DNA of 64,000 bases, from positions 4,774,001-4,838,000 of the forward strand of contig OX337229.1 in the NCBI GenBank assembly GCA_946965045.2. Direction: 5' to 3'. Every line of letters starts with the position of its first letter. The stretch's first letter is position 1. Origin of the DNA: Epithemia pelagica. Lineage: Eukaryota; Protista; Bacillariophyta. Both the position numbers and the translations under genes were made by a program. The notes below the pieces were generated by a model. The model ran no database searches. It worked only from the letters and a program-made list of their open reading frames with translations, and was not told the origin of the DNA. Of this stretch, positions 37,723 through 48,417 are shown one piece after another.

Positions 37723-40116
37723 CTATGACATGTACAACATGCCATCGGCGACCATGATTCGCCCTTCTTCTTCCATTCTTCGGACAACATCCTGAACATC
37801 ATCTTCGTTCTCATTTTCAATCTCAGTAATGTGCATGGACCCATCATTTTCTTGAAGCTTTTGCCATATTTCGGAAACCAAATCGGTTTGGCCGTCACCA
37901 GAGTTCTCGTTCAATCGTCGACGTTGTTTCGGACGATCATCAGACTCGTCGACCGACTCGTCCGAAACCACAGATGCACTTGTCGAGACTTCTGTTTCCT
38001 TGCTGTCGTCATGATACAGGGCAAAACTGAGAATGTCCATTGCATGTTCGCAGTCTGGTTTGGGTTCGACAGTATCCGAAAGACGCGCCTTGGCGTGGGC
38101 GGTTGCCAAACGAATCACTGTTTCCAAGCTACGTGCCGTAATCGGGAGAGTGCGTTCGTCTTGTAGCGCTCTCATTTCGGCGTACCGATTGGCAATAAAA
38201 TCTCGAGCGGCCTCTGTCAACACTGGTTGTTTTCGAGCTTTGGCATAATGCAAGAACTTTCGTAAAAATTCATGCTGTAGGATATCGTTGGAATGAGGAT
38301 CCGTTTCATCCCCCGTGTGTACACTGTGACGATTGCGTTGCCATACGGAGTGGACCTTATCTTTGGGACCGTCGTCAAAATCTTCGTCATCTGACGCATC
38401 GTCGTAATCACTGTCGTAACCAGCCTGATGGTGAGCCGATCTGTAACTGTGTCCGGTGATGACATGACTTGCTATCCTTCGATCGAGTTCGGGGTCCAAC
38501 TGATCTAGGACCACAAACAAGAGATCAAAACGACTGAGGAGCGAATCGGGCAAGCCAATATTTTCTTGGATACGCCGTCGGCGATCGTACTGTCCATACA
38601 CGGGGTTGGCAGCAGCTAGAACAGAGCATCGAGCATTCAGACTCGCATGAATCCCTGCTTTTGCAATGGTGACTGTCTGTTGCTCCATGGCCTCGTGAAT
38701 TGCAACTCGATCGTTTTCTCCCATTTTATCAAACTCATCCACACAGACGATTCCCCTATCTGCAAGCACCATGGCACCAGCTTCGAGACGTCGTTCCCTC
38801 GTCTCTGGATCCGAAGTGACTGCGGCAGTCAAACCAACACCAGAGGACCCCTTTCCGGTTGTAGACACTGCCAAAGGAGCGATAGACATGATTGAACGAA
38901 GGAGCTGACTTTTTGCCGTAGAAGGATCACCAACCATCAATATGTTAATGTCTCCACGTAAATGGGTTCCATTCTCTAGATTTTTCTCAACTCCAGACAG
39001 AAGCTGGAGAATCAACGCCTTCTTGATGATTGAGTGGCCGTGTATTGAAGGGGCGACACTTCGAGCAAGGACATTGAGAATATCCTTACGTTCGGACAAG
39101 GACCGAATGGATTCGACATCAGTCGGAGAGAAGCCGAGATGAGCCACATCCCTGCCCAAGATTTGTACGTTATTGACCAAGACAACGGTACGAAATACAC
39201 CCGATGTTGATTTTTGCCCCTGCGCCGACGTTGTGAGTGCGCGATAAACTCCATTGACCATGACTCTGTCCCCTGGTTTGATACGATCCACCAAATCATG
39301 GTCAAGAATAAGCTCCACAGATCGCGGGAGCTGCCCCATGGGAGCCCGTTCCGGCATCTCCTGAAGTGTTATCGTTTGGTGGTCTTTGAATGTACTAAGA
39401 CCAAATTCTGTTTCCAAAGGTCTCCCCTCATCGTCTTTGGTAGGATAGACGGATGTTGTAATGTTGATGATTTGATCGGGAAGCTCCGTCCCCGTTCGAT
39501 CAAACTTTCGGAGACCAAGATTGGGGTCTGTCGCATCGACGTATTCACGATATTGGTGTTTCTTAGTTTCTGGGCAGTAGTGCGCCGATTTGACCACTTT
39601 GGGTTTGACCGTAGATACTTTGGTGGCCACTCCCTCCACACAAACCAAATGTCGGAGGGAAGAAGAATTGAGATCGCGAGGACTGGAAGCCTGCGATCCA
39701 ATGACACCGTTGATTCCGACTTTGATGGACCCATCTAGTTTGTCATATCCCGGCCGTTCCTGATCGGCAACGTTGTGGCAAGCGCTTTCCAAGGCTCGGA
39801 TATGGCGAAAGGGATCGCGTTGCAATTGATGCGACAAGGTCGCATCCTGCGATCGAAGTTCGGCGATTGTAAAGGTAACACGAGGGCATCCAACACCACC
39901 CAAGGAAGAGTTTTGTTGCTTTCTGTGGTGACTAAAATCATCTAGAGTTGTGGTGATTCGATCAGTGAAGACCTGTAATTGGGACGGAACGAAAAAACAG
40001 ATGAGATTCATTAGTATCATCATGGAGCCTCCTCAAGCCAGGAGCATCTATTGACATACCGGCTGCTCCACAAACATTTGATAGCGGTCTCTCAGATTTG
40101 AAAAGTTGTCCGTCAT
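37723..40116 (-). CDS. MCM3: DNA replication licensing factor MCM3, 2 exons
   Basis: Walker A GDPSTAKSQLLR, Walker B VDEFDKM and Arg finger SLLSRFDL. The HYCPET degenerate Zn region and QEMPERAPMGQLPRS are typical of MCM3. Exon 1 (40116-40060, MTDNFSNLRDRYQMFVEQP) is followed by intron 40059-39973. Confidence 0.93.
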
Positions 40117-40659
40117 CTTGAACAACTCGGTGCTCTTCACTCCAGAAGCCAGAAGAGGGATGTGTCTACCAAAGGGAAACCAAAGCAACCGAGATGTGAA
40201 TGCAAAAGGGAACGGCAAAAAGGCGCATGTCTCTCTGAAGAGAGAGAGGAGAACGTCAACCGACTCGCATTCGAGCAGGCTTGGCGCGCGGGTCTACCTG
40301 TCACTCCTCCAAGCAACGGACGTCGCTCTATGGACAAAAGTGTACAAACCACACGGAACGTCCCTCCCGTGCGCGCTCGAACTGTGGGAGGGGAGTGCGC
40401 GAATAGGTAGATAAGGCAATTTAAATGCGCTCTCTGCGCATGTCGAGGCAACCCCCACGCCATCGTCGCCTGGTTCCGAACCGGGAGACGAACAGAAGGA
40501 CTGACGCATTTCGGACAGACCCTTCATTGCGCGTGAATTGTGATGGGGCGATGTGGATCTTCTTTGTTGCTGCCAACGCGTCATCGACGAACCATCCAAG
40601 GGTTTGCTGTTGAAACTTGTGCAACCACACGTCAAATTCCATTTCATTGATCCAACACA

Positions 40660-42660
40660 ATGGCGTCCTGGACGTTCAGGGCACTCCTCCCATGCATTGC
40701 CATTGGACACGTAGCATGGGGATTTCCGTTGCCCTTGTCCAAGATTCACCCTGGTATCTCACGTGTTCGCTCTACATCAACCGCCCCCCGTGCAAGTGTC
40801 TCCGATGAACCCGAATTGCAGGAGCAGGGAGTCAATCAAGAGAACGATATGCCTGACATGAAGGCCTATGCCCGCGGCTACACTACAGTGTTTGAAGAAG
40901 TCCCATTTCGTTTGTGCCAACCCTCGACTGGATCCATCCCCAACGATTTACGAGGATCGTATTTTCGGGCTGGACCGGCCATGTTTAGTGCTGGATCGAT
41001 TGTCCCTCCGAAAACAGCCATTATCCAACCCAAACAACCGCCCGTGGCCGATGGAGTAGATCCATCCCGCATGGTGTTACACCCGTTTGAAGGCGATGGT
41101 GGTGTAGTGGCAATCACATTTGGCACGGTGGACGACGACGACGACGACCAATCCAACCAAGAACAAGAATCGAAAGACAAGGAGGATGAGGAACCAAAGG
41201 CAGTCTTTCGGTTTCGTTATGTTCGAACCAATGCCTTGTTCAATGAACGAAAAAAGGGTGAAAAGTGTTATACGGCAATGGAATCGACACGAGAAATGGG
41301 TCCGGATTGTGCTCTAGGACTCGGCAACGATTGGCATTTACCCTTGTACCGACACCATCTTCAACCCGGTCTCAATAAGAATCGCAAAAATACTTCCAAT
41401 ACACGAACCATCTACTGGGGCAAACGTCTCTTGACATTGTGGGAAGGCGGCCAACCGTACAAACTGGACTCCCTGGCCTTGTCCACCGAAGGACGGTCGC
41501 AACTGGGCGGTGCCATTAAGCGAGAAGAAGATCCCTTTGGCGGCAAGATGGTGATTGACTCCAAAACAGATCGAGCACTTTTTTATGGTCTGGATCAAGA
41601 CGTGAGACAATCCGAAGTGACAATCTACGAGTTTGGAAACGATTTTCGATTGGTTCCCAATGGGGGACGTCGGTTCTTTTCACTCCCAGGTTTGGCTGTT
41701 TTGAATGACTTTTGTGCCACGGAAAACTATGCAGTTTTTATTCAACCTGCCATGAATACCAATGGGATGCAGTTTGTCTTCAACAAGGAACCTGGAAAGG
41801 TAGCAAGCCTTGACAAGGAAGGCCCGGCCCTTCTTCACTTGATTCCCAGACCAAGCAGCTCCAAACGACAACAAACAGTTCCCGTCCCGATAAGTGAGGG
41901 CATGGTGGACGCCAATCTTCACTTTGTCAATGCCTACGACGATGGCCCGGATAAGGTAGTAATCGATGCTATCCGAACGGCTGCTCCATCGATCCAACCA
42001 GGAGTTGAAACTACGGCATGGCCATGGGTCGATACCATTGACAAGTATCGAACTGGAAGCGGGGCCCGGTCTCTCTGGCGATATACAGTCGACACAAAAT
42101 CTGGCAAGATTTCCAAGGACTGTTTGGTAAAGTCCAACTGTGCCTTTGGTGTTGTGAGCCCTGCTGTTAGCACGCAAAGACATCAATTCATATACATGAA
42201 TGTGGGTGCTGGAGATTCCGCTGCCTTTCCGCCACAAGGGATTGCCAGATATGATGCGGATTCTGGAAAAGTCGATACATGGATGCCTCAAAAACATGAA
42301 TTTTGTGGTGAACCCGTGTTTGCCCCCAAAGTTGGTTCCTCTGGCCCAGACGATGGATACCTATTGAGTATTCTTCTTGATGGGGAACGACAAAAAAGCG
42401 ATTTGATCATTCTGGATTCGCACAAGATAAGTTCAGGTCCCGTCTCACGTATTCCATTGGGAATACTGATTCCCCATGGCTTATTTGGATGTTTTGCACA
42501 AGATGCCGTGTGGTCGGCGGATGCTATTGAAAGACGAGCGAGGTTATTTGACAAAATGGAATCGAGGGGCAACATGTGGAATGAAGTCAAGAGTGATTTC
42601 TCGGGACTAGGACTGCGTTTGGATGATATTGATGAATACTTTCCTGGTCTGTTTGGCTGA
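40660..42660 (+). CDS. Carotenoid cleavage oxygenase (RPE65/CCD)-fold protein with a predicted plastid presequence; iron ligands largely missing
   Basis: Motifs G.IP.DLRGSYFRAGP, HPFEGDG, NT..IYWGKRLLTLWEGG.PY.LD, GEPVFAP and EDDGYL-like DDGYLL are present. The N-terminus is a signal peptide followed by F at +1 (AWG-FP), which resembles the ASAFAP motif. Confidence 0.85.
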   Translation: MASWTFRALLPCIAIGHVAWGFPLPLSKIHPGISRVRSTSTAPRASVSDEPELQEQGVNQENDMPDMKAYARGYTTVFEEVPFRLCQPSTGSIPNDLRGSYFRAGPAMFSAGSIVPPKTAIIQPKQPPVADGVDPSRMVLHPFEGDGGVVAITFGTVDDDDDDQSNQEQESKDKEDEEPKAVFRFRYVRTNALFNERKKGEKCYTAMESTREMGPDCALGLGNDWHLPLYRHHLQPGLNKNRKNTSNTRTIYWGKRLLTLWEGGQPYKLDSLALSTEGRSQLGGAIKREEDPFGGKMVIDSKTDRALFYGLDQDVRQSEVTIYEFGNDFRLVPNGGRRFFSLPGLAVLNDFCATENYAVFIQPAMNTNGMQFVFNKEPGKVASLDKEGPALLHLIPRPSSSKRQQTVPVPISEGMVDANLHFVNAYDDGPDKVVIDAIRTAAPSIQPGVETTAWPWVDTIDKYRTGSGARSLWRYTVDTKSGKISKDCLVKSNCAFGVVSPAVSTQRHQFIYMNVGAGDSAAFPPQGIARYDADSGKVDTWMPQKHEFCGEPVFAPKVGSSGPDDGYLLSILLDGERQKSDLIILDSHKISSGPVSRIPLGILIPHGLFGCFAQDAVWSADAIERRARLFDKMESRGNMWNEVKSDFSGLGLRLDDIDEYFPGLFG

Positions 42661-42952
42661 ATGACGGGACTCTAGCGTCGGCGTAGTAGTTGCTCGTTTG
42701 ATTCTAAGGCCTTATTCCTTATAGATCGCACTCTTCTTTTATCGACGTTTCAATTTGTAACGATAGAAGTCGGTGGGTTACCCCCAGCTTAGGTAGGAGT
42801 ACTCGATCTGTCCTATTGTAAGGTTACCATAGATCCCCCGGTCGCAGAAAATGGAGGGTAGCAACGGCATCAAATTTTCGTGATAGAGATCCAACCACTC
42901 CGGCAATGACATTGCCTAAAAGTCAAGGCGGCGACTGGAGACGAGCGTCGAC

Positions 42953-43978
42953 ATGATTGGGCAATTCCTCATAGAAAATCCAACGGAGATCGACGTCGGG
43001 AAAGGTCTTGAGGACACGAGCGATGACACCGGAGCTCGTGATTTCGATCAATCCATGGCGTTACTCAGTGGTGGTAGCAGATGCAAAACTGAGTTCGACA
43101 AGTTATTGAAGTCGGTAATGGAACAAGAAAACAATTCTGTTGAAAAGTCTTCTTTGGCCAGGAATATGTTGAACAAAGAGTCTGATCAACTTAACAACAA
43201 ATGCGTCCGTTGCTTCATTCAGGGACCAACAAGCTCTGGGAAGACGTCGCTCGTATTGGATTGGGCGTTGACACTGGCAATGGAATGTGCCACATCACAT
43301 CAGTGTTGTGAACAATGTCAATCTCATCCTGAAACATGCCGCTGCAATGACGTTGAAGTGATTCTATGTCGTCCTGGATCAGATCCTCCCAACGAACAGT
43401 TCCCCCCGATTCTTCTACAAAAAATATCCTCCCCTCAACAAGTTTTGGCGCTCCACCGAATACGCATTCATACAGTGCGGACAAGACGGCACTTTCTTGC
43501 TCTTCTGCTTGAGCTTCAAGGTCGTCCAATAACAGAACGACCACGGAGAGCGATTCTTGTGGATGATATTCACCGACTTGTCTGCGAAAACTATGCAACG
43601 CTTGACAACCCCTTATTAAAGTACGAACACGATATGATCCTCTCTCAACTCGGTAAGTTCAGTTCACTGCTGCGTGAAGTCTCGAGTTTATTTTCATGGC
43701 TGTTATATGAACCTTTGCTATTCTTATCGATTGTCCTTTGCACACTTGCTATCGAAAATGCCATAGGTGCTCTTTTGATCGATACTGCCCGTTTTATGGC
43801 AACAACACATCCCATACCGGCGCCAGTTCAAAATCAGAGGGTTGCAAGTTCTGGTTTTCTTCCTCGGTCCTCGATACCATTTCTGGTGACAGCGACGAAA
43901 TCCGCGCAAGAGCCTAGACGATATGATTGCCCAACTTTGTTTTCACATTGGATAAACCTCGACGGCCGTCCTAGGTAG
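42953..43978 (+). CDS. RecA/RAD51-paralog-like P-loop protein, SWSAP1-like
   Basis: Walker A GPTSSGKTSL and Walker B-like RAILVDDI are present. LHRIRI, RHFLALLLEL and GALLIDTARF resemble SWSAP1 segments as I recall them. A probable in-frame intron lies at 43653-43766. The start codon is uncertain. Confidence 0.55.
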   Translation: MIGQFLIENPTEIDVGKGLEDTSDDTGARDFDQSMALLSGGSRCKTEFDKLLKSVMEQENNSVEKSSLARNMLNKESDQLNNKCVRCFIQGPTSSGKTSLVLDWALTLAMECATSHQCCEQCQSHPETCRCNDVEVILCRPGSDPPNEQFPPILLQKISSPQQVLALHRIRIHTVRTRRHFLALLLELQGRPITERPRRAILVDDIHRLVCENYATLDNPLLKYEHDMILSQLGKFSSLLREVSSLFSWLLYEPLLFLSIVLCTLAIENAIGALLIDTARFMATTHPIPAPVQNQRVASSGFLPRSSIPFLVTATKSAQEPRRYDCPTLFSHWINLDGRPR

Positions 43979-44397
43979 TTAGGACCCTGTTCCCGACAAT
44001 GGATAGTGTTGAGCCATTCAGGTTCAATGGGACGAGGGAATGCGTTGGAATAGAGCCAGGTCAGTGCTCTTGTTCATCATTCATCATATTCCATCTCTTC
44101 TCGGAACAACGACTACCTACCTAGACGCAGGCTAAAGTTTTGGCGAGAACACGGGATAGTAGCTAGCCATGCTGTTTCTGCGACACATGCGGACTCCGAC
44201 GTGGACCTGCGTGGACGATGTTCTGTGTGCGTTGTGCGTGGATTTCCTGCTTGCGTGGAAGCGCAGCGACCAAACCCCCCAACACAACCCCCAAAACCTT
44301 TCTTCCACATGATCTTTTGGAAGTCTCCTGATCGCCCAACGGAAAAGAAGCGAGAGAAACATCACAATTCACAATCATTCATCACAACCCATTGACC

Positions 44398-46801
44398 ATG
44401 AACCGATTCAACGGCGTTGTCGAAGACCGCTCAAGTCGATCTAATCCGCATGAAGTCGCTGTTACTCACCTTCAGTGGGAATTGGAGGTGGACTTTGACA
44501 GGCGTGTCGTCCGGGGTGAAGCGAGGTACACCATTCGATGTATGGACAATACCAGTGCATGGTTGTCGTTGGACACCGCCAAGCTAGACATTGAACACGT
44601 AGCGGACCAAGATGGGAATGATCTGGATTGGTCTCTGCACCGAGAGGAGCCTGGGAAAGAGTTCCTTGGATCACAGCTCGATATTGAATTGAACTCAGAC
44701 TCGATAACACAGGTCGTTATTTCATATGAGACTTCTCCTGAGTCAACGGCCTTGCAGTGGCTTGATCCCTCTCAAACGGTTGGAAAAGCCTATCCTTATC
44801 TCTTTTCCCAGTGTCAAGCAATTCATGCTCGGTCAATGTTACCATGTCAAGATCGACCGGGAGTCAAGTTTACCTTCCGAGCCAAAGTCAGAGTGCCCAC
44901 ATGGGCGGTGTGCGTCATGAGTGCTGTGCAAATACATTCGTTTGAAGACGATCACAAATTGGGAAAGGTCTCAGTGTGGATGCAAGATATTCCTGTATCA
45001 TCGTATCTGATTGCACTTGCTGTTGGCCAACTGGAACGAAAGGAAATATCACCCCGGTGTGCTTTGTGGAGTGAACCAGCCATTGTCAATATTGCAGCCC
45101 GAGAATTCTCCGACACGGAACATATTCTACAGACAGCCGAAGCATTTTCTGGTTTGCCGTACGTCTGGGGTAGATATGATATACTGTGTCTGCCTCCTAG
45201 CTTTCCGTATGGTGGTATGGAAAATCCTTGTCTTTCTTTTATTACGCCGGTGAGTACGACGTCGCTTTGAATACCAGAATTCACAACCTTGTTCTCACTG
45301 TTGAGTTGGTACTCTGCGCCTTTACTCGCAGACCATTCTAGCGGGGGATAAAAGTTTGGTTTCAGTGATTGCACACGAAATAGCGCATTCATGGACTGGA
45401 AACCTTGTGACCAACGCGACATGGGATCATTTCTGGCTAAATGAAGGATGGACACGGTGGTTTGAGCGAAAGATCATGGCACAACTTTTCAACGACGAAC
45501 GATATGTTGACTTTGATGCAATTCAAGGCTATAAGGCGCTTCGTGATAAGGTCGAAGACAAACAGATGCCTGTAGAGTGGACTAAGCTCGTCGTTGAAGT
45601 TGGAGACCATGATCCTGACGCGGCCTTATCGATAGTGGCTTATGAGAAAGGATTTGCACTGTTGCGAGCACTTGAAAAACAAGTAGGATCAGAAGACTTT
45701 ATGTTCTTCTTCCAGGACTATCTTGAGCACTTTGCCAACGATGTGCTCGTGTCCGATAACTTTCGAGATTTTTTCATGGCCTACTTTGCTGACAAGGACA
45801 ATCTACACAACTTCGAATGGGAGAAATGGTTCCATGAACCAGGAATGCCATTGGAGGATCCCGAGTTTAACAGAGATTGGTCAGAACAGGCAGAGGCCCT
45901 TGCGAATCAGTGGTTTCAAACAGATAGACAAGGGGAACCAGAACCAGACGTGGATCTGGAATCATGGTCATCAAATCAAAAAGTGTGCTTTCTTGACAAT
46001 TTGCAAGATCTTTCTCGTGACAAGCCACTCAAGAAGACTACAGTAGACTCCTTGCATAAGGACTATGGGTTTGGTGGGAGCCATAACGCCGAAGTCTTGT
46101 ATCGTTTTTGCCAACTCGCCTTGGCTGCAGAAGACGAGAACATTCTACTTGTCGTTATTCGTTTTGTTACGTCTCAAGGGAGGATAAAGTTTACGCGTCC
46201 TCTGTACAAGGCAATGTTTGCTTCACGAAAATTCCGCCAAGTCGCGAAATCTGCCTTTCTAGAACACAAAACGTTCTATCACCCAACTTGTGCCAAACTA
46301 ATTCAGCATGATCTACAGCAGATTGAACAAAACGAGTCTGGAATCTCGTTTTTGTTTGATGAAGCAAAGATGTTATGGGAAAAAACTTCAGCGCATGCTT
46401 CAACTCTTATCGCTCAAACGGAAGTACACTACGAATCTGCCTTTACAAGCGCTACAGAATGGATAAGCTCAAAGGCGAACAATCCCATGTTAACCTTTGC
46501 GATGCACGAAGCAAAGGAGTCCTTGGCCAAGGCCCGATCCACGTCCTCTGCCTTGGTGACAAGGACCGGCTCCGTCTATGACATGGTCTACGCAAGTGCA
46601 TCAAACTGGATGGAAACGACGAAATCGTCCATTCTGCCCGTACTGATGGAGGAGGCCAAATCAAAGTACGAGAAAGCTTCGGCTAGTGCTGCTGCGCTGG
46701 TGACCGAGGAGGAAGCATCTATGGAAACATCGCTAGCAGCTGCTGCCCTGATTGCGGTTGCCGTGGGATTGACGGTTTCCAGCCATAGAGAAATCTACTG
46801 A
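44398..46801 (+). CDS. LTA4H: Leukotriene A4 hydrolase-like M1 aminopeptidase with a C-terminal repeat extension, 2 exons
   Basis: Motifs FSQCQAIHARS..PCQD.P, YGGMENP, HEIAHSWTGNLVTN..W..FWLNEG and AYEKG. Intron 45250-45331 joins FITP to TILAGDKSL. Confidence 0.92.
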
Positions 46802-46969
46802 GAGTTGATTGGAATCGAAAATTGCCCACAATTGTATCGTGAACAAGGTTTGTCAGAATATTAATAGTACACTATATTCCCATTCGGTCTGATTTTCATA
46901 GGTATCGATGAAATGGAGGTTCTTTGCGTCAGAACCCGTTTCTATAAAAACTTTTGAGTCAGCTCCCAA

Positions 46970-47980
46970 TTATATGAAGCAACTTTCTGGCCTTTCTCGT
47001 TTCAATTCAATTTTGGCCGAGGTGAGAAAGAATTCTCCATGCCGTCGCCAATGAGCTTGAACATGGCCAAATCGCTCATGTTCCCCAGACTTCAAATTCA
47101 ATGAAACGTCAAAGGTTCCATCATCCCTTGGTTGGGCTTCAGCTTCTCGAAATCCGACATATTGACAGATCAAGGGGTGCATAGCCTTGTATAAAGCCTC
47201 TTTGACACTGAACCGAAGCATGACTTCTTCATTGGGGTCCAGATTTTCCACTTGTCCCAGATCCATACGTTCCTGAGGTGTCAGAATACGTTTCGCAATG
47301 TTTCTCCTTTCATGGCTAGATCGTTCAAGATCCACACCAATAGCACGTAGGGGAGATTTGTCTGTTCCCATTTCTATCGACGATCCAACCAATCCAACGG
47401 CAAGATTTCCTTTGTGACTAATGGATCCAAGGAATCCTGGTGGCATGGTAGGTCTCCCATATTCGTCTTTCAGCAAAACCGCACTCTGGGGGTCAAAACG
47501 ACGGTCCGAGCCGTCAATTTGTAGATTTTGTTGCTGTTCTTGTTGATGTTTACGGAAGGTCTCCAAAGACTGACGAAGAGCTATTCTTCCCAGCAAGAAG
47601 GATTTACGAGATGAGTCAGACTTCATTTCCATGGCATACTTGACTTCGTCTGGATGCAAATACTGACGAACCCAATGATTCTCTTTCGACAAAGATGGTA
47701 CAGTCAACCATGTTTCGTTCTCGTCCTTATCCGATTCTTCCGCCGCATTAAGTTCGACGCCAATGCACTGGCCCTCAGGAATCACCAAATCAATAATTTT
47801 TCGGACACAGGATGTTGTCGTAATATCATGATCCACAACATTTCCTCGAGATGTCGCAAAGTAGCGGTTGGACGGTCTGTACCCAAAATATCTTGAAAAG
47901 GGGACTATTCTCGGCCCTCTCTTCCAGTGTCGTATTCTGCAAGAGGCGAAGCCTTCACTCAAGAGCTGGTGTGATGCCAT
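46970..47980 (-). CDS. 4'-phosphopantetheinyl transferase (EntD/Sfp type)
   Basis: Motifs FLLGRIALRQSL, GRPTMPPGFLGSISHK, IGVDLE and FSVKEALYKAM. The start is taken at ATG 47980, but an upstream ATG is possible. Confidence 0.88.
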   Translation of the reverse strand: MASHQLLSEGFASCRIRHWKRGPRIVPFSRYFGYRPSNRYFATSRGNVVDHDITTTSCVRKIIDLVIPEGQCIGVELNAAEESDKDENETWLTVPSLSKENHWVRQYLHPDEVKYAMEMKSDSSRKSFLLGRIALRQSLETFRKHQQEQQQNLQIDGSDRRFDPQSAVLLKDEYGRPTMPPGFLGSISHKGNLAVGLVGSSIEMGTDKSPLRAIGVDLERSSHERRNIAKRILTPQERMDLGQVENLDPNEEVMLRFSVKEALYKAMHPLICQYVGFREAEAQPRDDGTFDVSLNLKSGEHERFGHVQAHWRRHGEFFLTSAKIELKRERPESCFI

Positions 47981-48291
47981 GATTAAACAAAAGATCAGAA
48001 AGGGAACCTTCTTTGAATGACAAACACAGCGTGATAAACCGGGTCCGTCATTCAACGACATCTCGTGTGGTGTTGATATTTCAGGAGATGACCAACGTGA
48101 GGAAAACAATGTGGCAAGGCGAAAATGTCATGCATTAGCAATTAGAAGAATAGAATCGCTCGTTTTGTAGCAAAAGTAGGAGAGATAATGAGACTGCAGA
48201 CCGCCATTGCATCCATGGCACTTCATTTCGTCTTCGTCAACAAAATTACATCACCTCGGTTTTGTTGGCCAAGTCGCGGTAAAATCGCGCC

Positions 48292-48417
48292 TTCTGATGG
48301 CCATTTGGCCGACAATTTTGCGATGACTAGAAATAGTCGACGTCGGTAGCTCCGTAGTAGGAGTAATTGACAATGATCCGCGTCTTGAAAGTTATGTTGG
48401 CCGAATGGCCATCAGAA
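48292..48417. repeat. 23-bp imperfect inverted repeat enclosing 80 bp (MITE-like or hairpin)
   Basis: TTCTGATGGCCATTTGGCCGACA (48292-48314) matches the reverse complement of 48395-48417 (TTCTGATGGCCATTCGGCCAACA) with 2 mismatches. Confidence 0.7.

Noticed and set aside
16410-43978. ATR, MCM3, a SWSAP1-like gene and a Nudix gene as a DNA-repair gene cluster
   Set aside because: They are interspersed with unrelated genes across about 27 kb in a gene-dense genome, and there is no evidence of co-regulation from sequence alone.
46970-47980. PPTase as a marker of a PKS/NRPS biosynthetic cluster
   Set aside because: No carrier-protein, KS, A or C domain genes are present in the window.
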